DNA of 64,000 nucleotides from an uncultured bacterium (GCA_965662845.1 CBFIJD010000004.1:20986-84985); one strand, 5' to 3'. Shown: positions 46,856 to 57,070, numbered from the stretch's first letter. Notes: generated by a model not told the origin, from the sequence alone. Numbers and translations: made by a program.

Positions 46856-48664
46856 ATGGAACCGCAAGCCCCCGCCCAATACGACGAAAGTAAGATCATT
46901 ACGCTCTCCTCCCTAGAGCACATTCGCAAACGCCCTGGAATGTATATTGGACGACTAGGGAATGGTTCTCAGGCTGGCGACGGAATTTACATTTTGCTCA
47001 AAGAGATCATCGACAACGCCGTCGATGAGTTCATCATGGGCCACGGCAAACGCATCGACATCACTCTGAGCGACCGCGAGCTTACCGTACGAGACTATGG
47101 ACGCGGGATTCCGCTCGGGAAGCTCGTCGAGTGTGTCTCTAGCATCAACACAGGCGCCAAGTACAACAACGACGTGTTCCAGTTCAGCGTTGGTCTGAAC
47201 GGAGTCGGGACCAAAGCGGTGAATGCGCTTTCGTCTGAATTTGAGATTCGCGCCTATCGGGAGGGCAAATCGGCCGTCGCGTTCTTCAAAGAGGGCGTGC
47301 TGCAAACAGAGCAACAGGAGCTGAGCGCCTCAGAAAAGAATGGCACCTTTGTGCGCTTTCGCCCGGACGAGACGCTCTTCCCACGCTTTCAGTACGACCT
47401 GCGCATCATTGAAAAGCAGCTCTGGAACTATGCTTATCTCAATCGGGGCCTCGCGCTTTATTTCAACGGCACCAAGTTTAAGTCCGAACGAGGCTTGGCT
47501 GACTTGCTGGAGAAAGAAGTGGGCGAGCAGGCGCTCTATGACGTCGTGCACATCCGGCAAGATCTCCTCGAGTTTGCGATCACGCACACCGACCGTTACG
47601 GCGAGACCAATTTCAGTTTTGTGAATGGCCATTTCACCAGCGATGGCGGCTCGCATTTGAGCGCGTTCCGAGAAGGAATCCTCAAAGGGATCAACGAGTT
47701 TTACAAAGGCAGTTATCAAGGCCCCGACGTGCGCGAAGGCGCCGTTTGTGCCGTCGCCGTGAAAGTCCAAGAGCCTATTTTTGAGTCGCAAACTAAAAAT
47801 AAGTTGGGCAACACGGACTTGCGCTGGATTGTTCCAGCAGTGCGCGACAGCTTTGTGGACGCGCTCTTCAAACACCCTGACGCAGCCGAAGCGCTCAAGC
47901 GCAAAGTTCAGATGAACGAGAAAGTGCGCAAAGAGCTCTCCAACGTCAAAAAAGCCGTCCGAGAAAACGCCAAGAAAACCTCCTTGGCGATTCCCAACCT
48001 CAAAGACTGCAAGTTTCACCGAGGGGACGCCAAGGGCCGTGGCAACGAAAGTTTGATTTTTCTCACAGAAGGGCAGTCCGCCGGCGGAAGCATGATCAGC
48101 TCTCGCGATGTGTTGACTCAGGCGATTTTTTGCTTGAAGGGCAAGCCGCTGAACTGCTTCGGTCAGGGGAGAGAAGCGCTCTACAAAAATGTTGAGCTGT
48201 ACAACATTATGAAAACGCTGGGGATCGAAGACTCGGTCGACGATTTGCGCTATGAAAAAGTGGTCCTCGCCACCGATGCCGACGTCGATGGTCTCCACAT
48301 CCGCAACCTACTCATCACATTTTTTCTGCAATATTTTGAAGACTTGGTGCTCCGTGGACATCTCTTCATTTTAGAGACCCCCCTCTTTCGCGTCCGCAAC
48401 CAAAAAGAAGTCCGCTATTGCTACAACGACCACGAAAAAGAGGCCGCTGCTCAAGAATTACGCAAAGGCAAACATCTTGAGATCACGCGGTTTAAGGGCT
48501 TAGGCGAAATTTCTCCCAAAGAGTTTGGTCAATTCATTGGCCCCGACATTCGTCTCCTGTCCGTGCGTGTGGAACACATTCATGAAGTGGAAGGTCTGCT
48601 CAGCTTCTATATGGGCAGCAACACCAGCGAACGCAAACAGTACATTATGGAGCATTTGATTTGA
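46856..48664 (+). CDS. parE: Type IIA topoisomerase B subunit (short ParE-type)
   Basis: EHIRKRPGMYIG, EIIDNAVDE, DYGRGIP, GLNGVG, TEGQSAGG, LKGKPLN, TDADVDG, ITRFKGLGE; no parC adjacent. Confidence 0.85.
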   Translation: MEPQAPAQYDESKIITLSSLEHIRKRPGMYIGRLGNGSQAGDGIYILLKEIIDNAVDEFIMGHGKRIDITLSDRELTVRDYGRGIPLGKLVECVSSINTGAKYNNDVFQFSVGLNGVGTKAVNALSSEFEIRAYREGKSAVAFFKEGVLQTEQQELSASEKNGTFVRFRPDETLFPRFQYDLRIIEKQLWNYAYLNRGLALYFNGTKFKSERGLADLLEKEVGEQALYDVVHIRQDLLEFAITHTDRYGETNFSFVNGHFTSDGGSHLSAFREGILKGINEFYKGSYQGPDVREGAVCAVAVKVQEPIFESQTKNKLGNTDLRWIVPAVRDSFVDALFKHPDAAEALKRKVQMNEKVRKELSNVKKAVRENAKKTSLAIPNLKDCKFHRGDAKGRGNESLIFLTEGQSAGGSMISSRDVLTQAIFCLKGKPLNCFGQGREALYKNVELYNIMKTLGIEDSVDDLRYEKVVLATDADVDGLHIRNLLITFFLQYFEDLVLRGHLFILETPLFRVRNQKEVRYCYNDHEKEAAAQELRKGKHLEITRFKGLGEISPKEFGQFIGPDIRLLSVRVEHIHEVEGLLSFYMGSNTSERKQYIMEHLI

Positions 48665-49281
48665 GCGCCATCACCGCGTTATGGCAACAGACTGGCGTCA
48701 TCCTGGTTCCACTGCTCTTCTGCTCGCTTTTGTCGCTTGGCGTCATTGTGGAGCGCCTGTTCAGCCTGCGCCGTCGCGCTCTCTTCCCTGATGCCAGCAC
48801 ACACAGCCTCTTCAAGACCTTCCGTGAAACGCCGCCTCACCTCCCGATTGCCGGCGAGTTCCTGCATTTTCCACTGGGACGCATCGTGCATTATGCAGGC
48901 GAACGCACCCTGCTTGCGGCGTTTTTGCAGCGTCTTCAAAGCCAGGCTCGCCGCGAGCAGCATCACCTTCAGCGTGGGCTGGTGTTGCTTGAGGTGGTCG
49001 CAGGGGTCGCGCCGCTGTTGGGGCTACTGGGAACGGCGCTCGGAATGGTGGAGGTCTTTCAAACGCTCAACTTAGAAGGAGCCCAACGCAGCGCCGTGCT
49101 CAGTCAAGGGATCTCTCAGGCGCTCTTCACAACTGTGCTTGGGCTTGTTGTGGCGATTCCGTCGTTCGTGGCGTTTCATCTCTTTCAGCGCCACATCGAG
49201 GGGTGCTCCCTGCAACTGGACACGGACTTGCAGCGCATCGCAGAAATTGTCGAGAGCCAAGCCGCCACCGGCTCCTCCTAG
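48661..49281 (+). CDS. MotA/TolQ/ExbB proton channel family protein
   Basis: APLLGLLGTALGM, GISQALFTTVLGLVVAIPS; TTG overlaps parE stop. Confidence 0.85.
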   Translation: MSAITALWQQTGVILVPLLFCSLLSLGVIVERLFSLRRRALFPDASTHSLFKTFRETPPHLPIAGEFLHFPLGRIVHYAGERTLLAAFLQRLQSQARREQHHLQRGLVLLEVVAGVAPLLGLLGTALGMVEVFQTLNLEGAQRSAVLSQGISQALFTTVLGLVVAIPSFVAFHLFQRHIEGCSLQLDTDLQRIAEIVESQAATGSS

Positions 49282-49373
49282 CTCATGCGACAATCGCCAT
49301 TTGACCCCATCGGGGTGCCTCTGCTATATCCATCGGCTTTTTGCCAGACCCTATCATTGTTGGAGTGAAGACT

Positions 49374-51593
49374 ATGAAAGAAGCTTTGCACGCCTTGCTC
49401 ACGCAACATGCGCAAAAGAATCTCAAAGAAGAGATTCTGACTTTTGATGCGTATTTGCAGCTCATTCAGCAGGAACCGTGGGTGACGCGGGACACCTTCC
49501 AGCTTTTGCACGATATGATGCTCTCCTCAGGAGTGGAGCACTCCATCACTCCGGGCAAGCCGATGAAGCACCACTATCAGTTTTTTGAAGATGGCCAGCG
49601 TGTGGGGCCTTTCATTGTCTTTGGACAGCAAAAGGCAAAAGAAAATTTGATTGAGAAGATCAACAACGCGAGCCGTGGACTCGAAGCGTCGAAGCGGCTT
49701 TGGATCTTGCTCGGTCCCCCAGGAGCCGCCAAGTCTCGCTCCATGGAAGGCATCAAGCAGGCGCTGAAGCAATACTCCATGTCAGAAGACGGGAAGACGC
49801 ACACGCTGCTGCTGCCAACCGTAGATGAGCGCCTGCGAGATCAAGCCTTGTTTGAAGAGGACGGTGTGTATTATTTGCAGTCTCCGCTGTTTGAGAAGCC
49901 GCTTCAAGTCCTACCTGAAGACACGCGCAAAGCCTTCACACAGGAGCTGACCAACTCCTTCGACCGCGAGGCCATGAAGGCGTGGCTCGACCAACATCCG
50001 CACTATGACAACGAGTTTTCCATCTCGATCTCTGGACGGCTCTCTCCCTATAGCGAACACGTGCTCCGAGACTTCATGGAGGCCAAAGGTCTCAACCTCG
50101 CAGAGTTGCTGCCTTATCTGCGCGTCAAGCGGATGGTCTACGACGCTCAAACCAAGACCGGCATTGGCGCCTACACTCCCCGCGACGAGAAGAGTCAAGA
50201 AGCTGGGTCTTTGGTCGGCAACATTGACTACAGCCTGCTCCCTCGCTTTGGCAGTGAATCTCACCCCTTGGTGCATGACTACAAAGGAGAGCTTTGCGCT
50301 GGCGCCAATGGCCTGGTTGAAATTCATGAAATTTTGAAGCTCTCCGACAAATTCTTGTACGAGCTTCTCTTTGCGACTCAAGACCGCTTCTTCAAGCCGG
50401 AAGGCCAACCACCGATCCCTTTCAATGGCGTGGTCATTGGCCACACCAACTTTCACGAATTCAACATGTTCATGGAGAACGCGTCCTTTGAGGCCTTGCG
50501 CTCCCGAACCACGTTTATCGAGATGCCGCTCTCTGTAGACTTCAAGCAGGAGCAGCTGATTTATGAGTTCACTTACTCCAACGAACGCCGCAGCTGGAAA
50601 AAAGAGAAGCAGCACCTCGCGCACGTCGCCCCACATAGCATCACCTTGCTGAGCCTGATGGCCGTGATGTCTCGCCTCTACGAATCCAAGCAGAACCCCA
50701 ACTTAACCCTGCTGCAAAAAGCGCTGATCTACGCTGGCCGCGCCGACAGCGGCGTCGACAACAACATGGCGCGGATGATCATTGACGAGTTTGAGTTCAT
50801 CAAGCCGTCCGAAGGGACGTTTGGGCTAGACCCCCGTTTTGTGCAGAACGTGTTTGAAAACACCGAACACTTCCAAATCAACGAGTTTGCCGCCAACCTG
50901 CAGCGCTTGCGCCAAGAGAGCGGTGACCAAGCCATGCTGACGTCCATCGCGCTGGAAAACCCCTGCGTCACCCCGTTGGATTTGTATGTGCGCACCGAGC
51001 ACTCCATCAAAGAGGTCTATGCCCAGCAGAAAACCAAGCTGAACCACTACGTCGAGAAGATCTTGCCCCAAGCCAAAAACTGGATCCTTGGGCAAGTCGC
51101 TAGCGACGTCTACAGCGCGATTTTGCGAGACGACTCCGTCTTAGAGACAACTTGGAAAAAGTATGCAGACCATGTGCGCGCTTACGCCCTCAACACCAAG
51201 GTCAAACACGAGGTGACCCAAACCGACGTGCAGCCCGACGAACGCTTCATGCAGACCATTGAACAATACCTTGGTGTCCCCGACAAAGACGTGTTTCGCA
51301 AAGAGCTCAGCGATGCCATCGCGAGCGTCAGCTATCGCGTGATTCTCGCCGACGAACCCTCCTACCAAAACGCGATTAAAAAGTATGTGTTTGAAAACGA
51401 GTTCAAATCGGGTGAGAACATGAAACTGCTCGGCTGGATCAAAAGCGGCACCAGCACCGCAGTCGTCAATGACAAAGAACAAGCGCGCCTCAATGAGACC
51501 ATTCGCTATCTTGTGGAAGTCAAAGGCTACTGTGGAAAGTGCGCGTTCCAAGCGCTCACGATTACGGCAAACGCTTCTAGCATCGTCATCTAA
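49374..51593 (+). CDS. prkA: PrkA/YeaG family serine kinase/AAA protein
   Basis: LLGPPGAAKS, GELCAGANGLVEIHEILK, IGHTN..E, EALRSR, G.FGLDPRFV, GYCGKCA; GGAG RBS before ATG 49374. Confidence 0.85.
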   Translation: MKEALHALLTQHAQKNLKEEILTFDAYLQLIQQEPWVTRDTFQLLHDMMLSSGVEHSITPGKPMKHHYQFFEDGQRVGPFIVFGQQKAKENLIEKINNASRGLEASKRLWILLGPPGAAKSRSMEGIKQALKQYSMSEDGKTHTLLLPTVDERLRDQALFEEDGVYYLQSPLFEKPLQVLPEDTRKAFTQELTNSFDREAMKAWLDQHPHYDNEFSISISGRLSPYSEHVLRDFMEAKGLNLAELLPYLRVKRMVYDAQTKTGIGAYTPRDEKSQEAGSLVGNIDYSLLPRFGSESHPLVHDYKGELCAGANGLVEIHEILKLSDKFLYELLFATQDRFFKPEGQPPIPFNGVVIGHTNFHEFNMFMENASFEALRSRTTFIEMPLSVDFKQEQLIYEFTYSNERRSWKKEKQHLAHVAPHSITLLSLMAVMSRLYESKQNPNLTLLQKALIYAGRADSGVDNNMARMIIDEFEFIKPSEGTFGLDPRFVQNVFENTEHFQINEFAANLQRLRQESGDQAMLTSIALENPCVTPLDLYVRTEHSIKEVYAQQKTKLNHYVEKILPQAKNWILGQVASDVYSAILRDDSVLETTWKKYADHVRAYALNTKVKHEVTQTDVQPDERFMQTIEQYLGVPDKDVFRKELSDAIASVSYRVILADEPSYQNAIKKYVFENEFKSGENMKLLGWIKSGTSTAVVNDKEQARLNETIRYLVEVKGYCGKCAFQALTITANASSIVI

Positions 51594-51667
51594 ACCACTT
51601 CATCAGGCGTGGAAAACCACGCCGTCCTCTCTCGTTTGTCTCTCCTTGCCTCTGCCAAAAAACGCAC

Positions 51668-53248
51668 ATGTATAAAGTTCTCATTACGGGTGCTCTGCAC
51701 TCTTCTGCCATCGAAAGCCTGCAACAAGAACCCGACCTCGAAATTGACTACTGCCCCGACCTACCCAAAGACGAGATTCTCAACCGCATTCACCAATACG
51801 AGTGCATCGTCACACGCTCTGAGACCTCTATTCAGAAGGAGCTGATTGACCGGGCGACGAACCTCAAAGTCATTGCCCGCGCCGCAGTCGGCATCGCCAA
51901 CATTGACGTCGATTACGCCACAGAGAAGGGCATCCTGGTCATTCACACCCCAGGGAAAAACACCAACTCCGCGGCAGAGCTCACCTTGTCTCTGCTGCTA
52001 GCGGCGATTCGTAATGTGGTCCCTGCCCACCTCAACATGCAAAACGGAGGTTGGGATCGACACCGCTACACAGGCACCGAGCTGCTCCACAAAACCATTG
52101 GGATTATTGGGCTCGGGAATGTGGGACACCGGGTCGCTCAATTCTGCCGTGCGTTTGATATGCAGGTTTTAGCCTATGACCCCTACATCTCTGATGAGGT
52201 TTTTGACCGTCACGGCGCTCAGAAAAGCTCTTTAGAGGAGATCTGTGAAAAGGCCGATATTGTCACTCTGCACACTCCCAAGAATAAAGAGACCATCGGC
52301 ATAATTGGAGCAGAGCAAATCGCGAGCATGAAAGAGGGAGTGGTGATCATCAATGCCGCCCGAGGGGGAATCATTGATGAGGCCGCCTTATTGGAAGGCT
52401 TGCGCAGCAACAAGGTGAAAGCCGCAGGAATTGACACATGGGAAACGGAACCTCCACCCGACAATCCCTTTGCCGGCATGCCAAACGTAGTCATGACCCC
52501 ACATATCGGGGCTTCCACCCTTGAGGCCCAAGTTCGGATCGGCGCCTCTGTGGCCTCTCAAGTGCCCCGTGCCTTGCGAGGAGAAGTCGTAGACTTTCCG
52601 GTCAACATGCCACGAGTTCAAATTCTGGAAGGCGACTTGGTCTCTAGCTACACAACGTTGGCCGAGAAGTTAGGGGTCTTCGCGTCACAATACCTGCTGT
52701 TCTCGCCAAGCCACCTTGAGCTGAAATATCGCGGCACGCTCGCCAAGCAGAACGTCGCGCTGTTGAGGCTATGTTTTTTGAAGGGATTGCTGGGGCGCAA
52801 GCACGAGTCCGTGAGTTTTGTGAACGCGGAGCAAATCGCCGAGAGCACGGGCTTGCGCATTGAGGAGGAGAAAGACTTACACTTCACAGATTACGAAAAT
52901 GCGCTCAAATGCACACTCTCTTCGCGAGATCAGACCTTCACCATTGGGGGAGTCGTCTTTAGCGGCCCTCACCCGCGCCTGACGCTGGTCAACGGCTTTG
53001 TCTTAGAGATGGAGCCTACCGGAACCATTTTGGCGATCAAAAACAATGATCAGCCAGGAATGGTCGGGGCGCTGGGGGCGTGTTTAGGAGAGAACGGTGT
53101 GAACATCGACCAGTTTTCACTGGGTCGTGACAAGCGGGGAGGCGAGGCGATGGCCCTGATCCGAGTCGATAATGATCTCCCCGACACCCTCATCGAGCAG
53201 CTACAGAACCTGTCGGGGATCAACTTCGCTCGTAAAATTGTTTTGTAA
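51668..53248 (+). CDS. serA: D-3-phosphoglycerate dehydrogenase (type I, with ACT domain)
   Basis: IARAAVGIANIDV, GIIGLGNVG, INAARGG, TPHIGAST.EAQ, ACT NNDQPGMVG. Confidence 0.93.
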   Translation: MYKVLITGALHSSAIESLQQEPDLEIDYCPDLPKDEILNRIHQYECIVTRSETSIQKELIDRATNLKVIARAAVGIANIDVDYATEKGILVIHTPGKNTNSAAELTLSLLLAAIRNVVPAHLNMQNGGWDRHRYTGTELLHKTIGIIGLGNVGHRVAQFCRAFDMQVLAYDPYISDEVFDRHGAQKSSLEEICEKADIVTLHTPKNKETIGIIGAEQIASMKEGVVIINAARGGIIDEAALLEGLRSNKVKAAGIDTWETEPPPDNPFAGMPNVVMTPHIGASTLEAQVRIGASVASQVPRALRGEVVDFPVNMPRVQILEGDLVSSYTTLAEKLGVFASQYLLFSPSHLELKYRGTLAKQNVALLRLCFLKGLLGRKHESVSFVNAEQIAESTGLRIEEEKDLHFTDYENALKCTLSSRDQTFTIGGVVFSGPHPRLTLVNGFVLEMEPTGTILAIKNNDQPGMVGALGACLGENGVNIDQFSLGRDKRGGEAMALIRVDNDLPDTLIEQLQNLSGINFARKIVL

Positions 53249-54415
53249 TCAACCGGTAACTTGAGCGCACAGTGCTTCGACTTCTGGCTTGCGCTCAAGC
53301 AAATCCCACCAAGCTTCGGGAATCCCTGCCTCGGGCTTGCTCCCATAAATCGCTCCGGCCAGCGGCCCAAGCAACATCGCGCGGCCACAGGAATCGCCCC
53401 CAATCCAGATGTTTTGGCGGATTGCCTCTGTGAAGGAGTCTGTGTTTGCCAAAATGTGCAAGGCGACCGCAGTCCCACAACGCAAATCACAGTGCCGTCC
53501 CACTTTGCCTGCGAAGGCGTCACAATCGGCTTCTTCAGACTGCAAGGCCTCCTGCCACGTGTCCCGCACTTCTGCGTTGTCTAGCTGCGCAACCTGCGCG
53601 AAGGTCTCCGTTTTGGAGCCGGTTTCCATGGCAGCGCTCAGCAGCTTCGTGGCAGCGAGCCCATAACTTAAGGCCCGTTCGTGCTGGTGCGTGACGCGGA
53701 TCGCCGACTCTGCAATACAGGAGAAGGCCTCGTCTTGCGCGGCTCGCAACAGCAGGGGAGACAATTTGCTGAGAGCGGGCAACTGATCGTCCTCGACACC
53801 ATGGAACGTCTCAAGCTGCTCGCGGACTTGGATGTAGGCGCTCAACCCAAACTCGACGTCGGCGGCTTCTCCCTCCGCCTCTACAATCGCTTCCTCAATG
53901 CGCAGAGGGCGTTCGTCGATCGGCTCCGACTTGTAGATCCGAAAAACCGTTTGCAGCCATCTGCGCTTTCTCTCGGCTGTAATGCCCCGAGGATCCAACA
54001 CCTCAATTTGCATGATGCGCTCTTTGACGTCGGCTTCTTTACAGGCAATGCGATCCAGCAGCCATCGGGTCGGGTGATCAATATATCCGACGAACTCCCC
54101 TCCATATCCAAAGTGCGCTCGGAAAGTGCGCTCATACACTTCTTTGTCGTAATCTCCGCCCCGCTTGCTGAGCGCTCGCAACATCGTGAGGCATTGCTCG
54201 CCGTATTGCGACTGCTGGCCGCGCGCTCGTTTTCCGTGCACAAAAACCCCTACTTTTCCAGTGTAGTCTTCGGGGTTTGGGGCGTGAAACTCTGGGGTTT
54301 GGGGTTCTAGTTCTCGGATGCGCTCCGGCTTGTAGAGCCAGTGAAACCCTAGCGCTGCGGCATCTGCGACGAAGGTTCCTCGCACCGCGTTGATGGCTCG
54401 GTCATTCGTGGACAT
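53249..54415 (-). CDS. ADP-ribosylglycohydrolase (crystallin J1-like) family protein
   Basis: VADAAALGFHWLY, QSQYGEQ, YIDHPT, DDQ, GGDSCGRA. Confidence 0.85.
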   Translation of the reverse strand: MSTNDRAINAVRGTFVADAAALGFHWLYKPERIRELEPQTPEFHAPNPEDYTGKVGVFVHGKRARGQQSQYGEQCLTMLRALSKRGGDYDKEVYERTFRAHFGYGGEFVGYIDHPTRWLLDRIACKEADVKERIMQIEVLDPRGITAERKRRWLQTVFRIYKSEPIDERPLRIEEAIVEAEGEAADVEFGLSAYIQVREQLETFHGVEDDQLPALSKLSPLLLRAAQDEAFSCIAESAIRVTHQHERALSYGLAATKLLSAAMETGSKTETFAQVAQLDNAEVRDTWQEALQSEEADCDAFAGKVGRHCDLRCGTAVALHILANTDSFTEAIRQNIWIGGDSCGRAMLLGPLAGAIYGSKPEAGIPEAWWDLLERKPEVEALCAQVTG

Positions 54416-54432
54416 GAAACTCTCTCAAAGAT

Positions 54433-54816
54433 TTATGTGCAAGCCTCTGTCGGGCCTTCTGCTTCGCGCCACGCGGTGAAGCCACCCACGATGTCACGAA
54501 CGTTTAAGCCCATTCTTTGCGCCGTTTGCGTAGCGAGCGCAGAGCGCCAGCCTTTGCTGCAATAAAACAGATACTTTTTCTGATCTGCGCCTTCAAAAAT
54601 TTTGGAGTGGTAGGGACTTTCAGGGTCAATCCAAAACTCCAACATCCCTCGGGGAACATGCTGGGCTCCTTCAATTTTCCCTTCCCGCTGCAGCTCTCGT
54701 ACGTCTCGCAGGTCGATCACTTCATATTCTTTGAAGTGAGCTAACGCGTCCTCTAGCGAGAGTCGTTCAATCTCTTGTTCTGCTTGCGCCAGCATTGCTT
54801 GGTATCCAATCGCCAT
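54433..54816 (-). CDS. Rhodanese-like domain protein
   Basis: IDLRDVRE, GKIEGA.HVPRGMLEFW, active loop YCSKGWRSAL. Confidence 0.9.
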   Translation of the reverse strand: MAIGYQAMLAQAEQEIERLSLEDALAHFKEYEVIDLRDVRELQREGKIEGAQHVPRGMLEFWIDPESPYHSKIFEGADQKKYLFYCSKGWRSALATQTAQRMGLNVRDIVGGFTAWREAEGPTEACT

Positions 54817-55074
54817 GGTCGTTTCTCAGGTAAAGACTCAAAAAAGATCGCGCCCTCTCTGGGTTAGCGAATTACAAATTTATTGTGTGAAAATGGATTT
54901 ATCTTGTTGCAACCTTTTGTTCTCACAGAACGCCGCTAATATTAGAGAGTGATTTCCCTCAGGAGCCTGAAAATAAATACTTTTTTCTAAATCAGAAAAG
55001 GAAGCAAAGCTGCAGGAGAGGAGATTAGCAACGAGCACCTTGCTGCCTTATCGACTCTTAACGAAGGACGCAAC

Positions 55075-55251
55075 ATGGAAGCTTTGTTTGGACTGCCGCT
55101 AGCGATCAGCGCCGCCGTTGGCGCTGCTCTCATTGGCATTTTTGTTTATCGCAAGTATTTCGCGGAGACGCCGCCAGAACCCGTCTACGATTCTCCGACT
55201 GACCGCATCTCTCCCGAAGTCAGCCACGGCAACAGCGAGCCTCACGCCTGA
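55075..55251 (+). CDS. Small single-TM protein (58 aa)
   Basis: AAGGA RBS then MEALFGLPLAISAAVGAALIGIFVYRKYF...EPHA*; below the ORF-track cutoff. Confidence 0.6.
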   Translation: MEALFGLPLAISAAVGAALIGIFVYRKYFAETPPEPVYDSPTDRISPEVSHGNSEPHA

Positions 55252-55282
55252 GGGGCCGCGCGGCTTCGATTTCTGGCGGAGG

Positions 55283-56248
55283 TCATCCCCCCATTGAGGA
55301 CATAATTGCGCTAGAACCTGTGAAAAAGTCCGTTCGTTTTTGGGCGATGGACTCCCGCACTTTCTCGCGCAATTGCTCCGCGTCTGGTGATTCTAGCAGC
55401 TCTCGGATGGAGACCTCTTGAGGATTGCTCAAACAACCGATCAATTTCCCCGTAGAAGTCAGCCGCAACCGGGAACAGCCCGCACAAAACGGAGCGCTCT
55501 CGTTCGCGATGATGCCAAAGACGCCGCCGGGGACGCGGTAGCGCACCGCAGTAGAATCCGCCGGCGCGTCGCTGTCTGTGAACGTATACTTTTCACGAAT
55601 CGCGCTGAGCATTTCCGCCATGGAGACAAACCGATCAGGAGGCGCAGTCTGTCCGTTGGTGGGATGCTTGTAGAGCGGCCCCATTTTCATCAGCTCCAAG
55701 AAGCGCAGCTCTAGGTGGCGCTCCAGCGCGAAGTCAAGCATGTCCACAAGCTCGTGGTCGTTCTCACCACGCATCACGACCATGTTGACCTTGGTTGGAA
55801 TCTTCAACTCCACGGCTTTTTCAATCCCTCGCAAGACCTTCCGTAAGTTGCCGCCACGCGCAAGTCGCTCAAAATTGTCAGGGTCAACGGAGTCTAGGCT
55901 GATGTTCAGAGCGGTCAGACCGGCTTCACGCAGCGCGTCAACTTTGCGCTCTAACAGGTAAGCGTTGGTCGTGACGCTGATGTCCTCGAACCCCATGTCA
56001 GTGAGCCCACGAATCAATGTGGGCAGCTGCGCAAAGAGTAAGGGTTCCCCGCCCGTAATGCGGATCTTCTCAATGCCAGCGTGCTGTTTGAGCATGCCGA
56101 TGAGGTGCAGGTGCTCTTCACAGCTGAGCTGATTTTTAGAGACGTAGTGTCCACCAACTTTGTCGACACAATAAATGCAGGAAAAGTTGCAGGCGTCTGT
56201 CACAGACACGCGCAACTTGTTGATGTTGCGTCCGAGCGCGTCAATCAT
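55283..56248 (-). CDS. moaA: GTP 3',8-cyclase MoaA
   Basis: CNFSCIYC, RITGGEP, NISLDS, C..C.R.R.......CL, C-terminal GG; ATG at 56248 after GGAG. Confidence 0.95.
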   Translation of the reverse strand: MIDALGRNINKLRVSVTDACNFSCIYCVDKVGGHYVSKNQLSCEEHLHLIGMLKQHAGIEKIRITGGEPLLFAQLPTLIRGLTDMGFEDISVTTNAYLLERKVDALREAGLTALNISLDSVDPDNFERLARGGNLRKVLRGIEKAVELKIPTKVNMVVMRGENDHELVDMLDFALERHLELRFLELMKMGPLYKHPTNGQTAPPDRFVSMAEMLSAIREKYTFTDSDAPADSTAVRYRVPGGVFGIIANESAPFCAGCSRLRLTSTGKLIGCLSNPQEVSIRELLESPDAEQLREKVRESIAQKRTDFFTGSSAIMSSMGG

Positions 56249-56348
56249 AGTCTCCTTTCCAAATGCGGGAGGCTTGTGCGTTTCCCCACAAACCCAACGT
56301 TTTCTGATCCATAGCACTCGGCCTTAGGCTCAAAAAATCGGAGATTGA
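56249..56348 (-). ncRNA. Molybdenum cofactor (Moco) riboswitch
   Basis: Minus strand reads CUCCGA...CCUAAG...UAUGG...GGGAAAC...GCCUCCCGCAUUUGGAAAGGAG directly before the moaA start, matching conserved Moco RNA blocks; 5' CUCC can pair with the RBS GGAG. Confidence 0.85.
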
Positions 56349-56428
56349 TGGTAATGGGTGAAAAAAATAGGCTTATTTTTGTAACAGGCGTGTGACGCGG
56401 GCGCAACGTCTGTCGAACAGAAACGAGG

Positions 56429-57061
56429 CTACACCAGCCACGAGACGAAGGAACGACTGGCCTCAGCAATCCAACGAAAGGGGCTCAAGTTGGGCAGCAC
56501 AATGCCAATCATCACCAAGACCATGAGCAAGCCGGTGCCATACTGCACATTCCAGAACTCGTACTTGCGACGCGGCGCAGGCGGCAAGAAATTGGGCCAG
56601 ACATAGCTCCCATCTAGCGGCCCAATGGGCAGTAGATTGAAGAGACAGAGGTTCATGTTGATCAACGAGAACCAGATCAGCAGCTCGCTCACGGGGAAGT
56701 CCCCAATCGTCGACCAGCCGCTTCGATAGGAGACGCCAATCAAGATTCCCCCCACAATCGCGAGCAACAAATTCATCAAAGGCCCCGCTGCGGCCACGTA
56801 CATATCGGCGTTCCGCACTCGAAAGTTGCGGGGATTGACCGGCACCGGCTTGGCGTATCCGAACCCAATGAAGAGAATCATCAAACTCCCGAACAAGTCC
56901 AAATGCACCAGCGGGTTCACACTCAGGCGCCCCTGCATTTTTGCCGTCGAGTCTCCGCATAAGTAGGCGACGGCCGCGTGGGAGAACTCATGAAACGTCA
57001 GCGCAAACAATAAGGCGAAGGCCAGCAGAACCATGACCTGTGGGTCTAACTGAAACAGCAT
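56429..57061 (-). CDS. Site-2 protease (M50) family protein
   Basis: HEFSH, AAAGPLMN, NLLPIGPLDG. Confidence 0.93.
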   Translation of the reverse strand: MLFQLDPQVMVLLAFALLFALTFHEFSHAAVAYLCGDSTAKMQGRLSVNPLVHLDLFGSLMILFIGFGYAKPVPVNPRNFRVRNADMYVAAAGPLMNLLLAIVGGILIGVSYRSGWSTIGDFPVSELLIWFSLINMNLCLFNLLPIGPLDGSYVWPNFLPPAPRRKYEFWNVQYGTGLLMVLVMIGIVLPNLSPFRWIAEASRSFVSWLV

Positions 57062-57070
57062 GTTCCTCGA

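Noticed and set aside
49374-51593. Walker A GPPGAAKS as a sign of an inactive PrkA
   Set aside because: Ala before Lys occurs in other PrkA-family sequences as I recall them, so it is not diagnostic.
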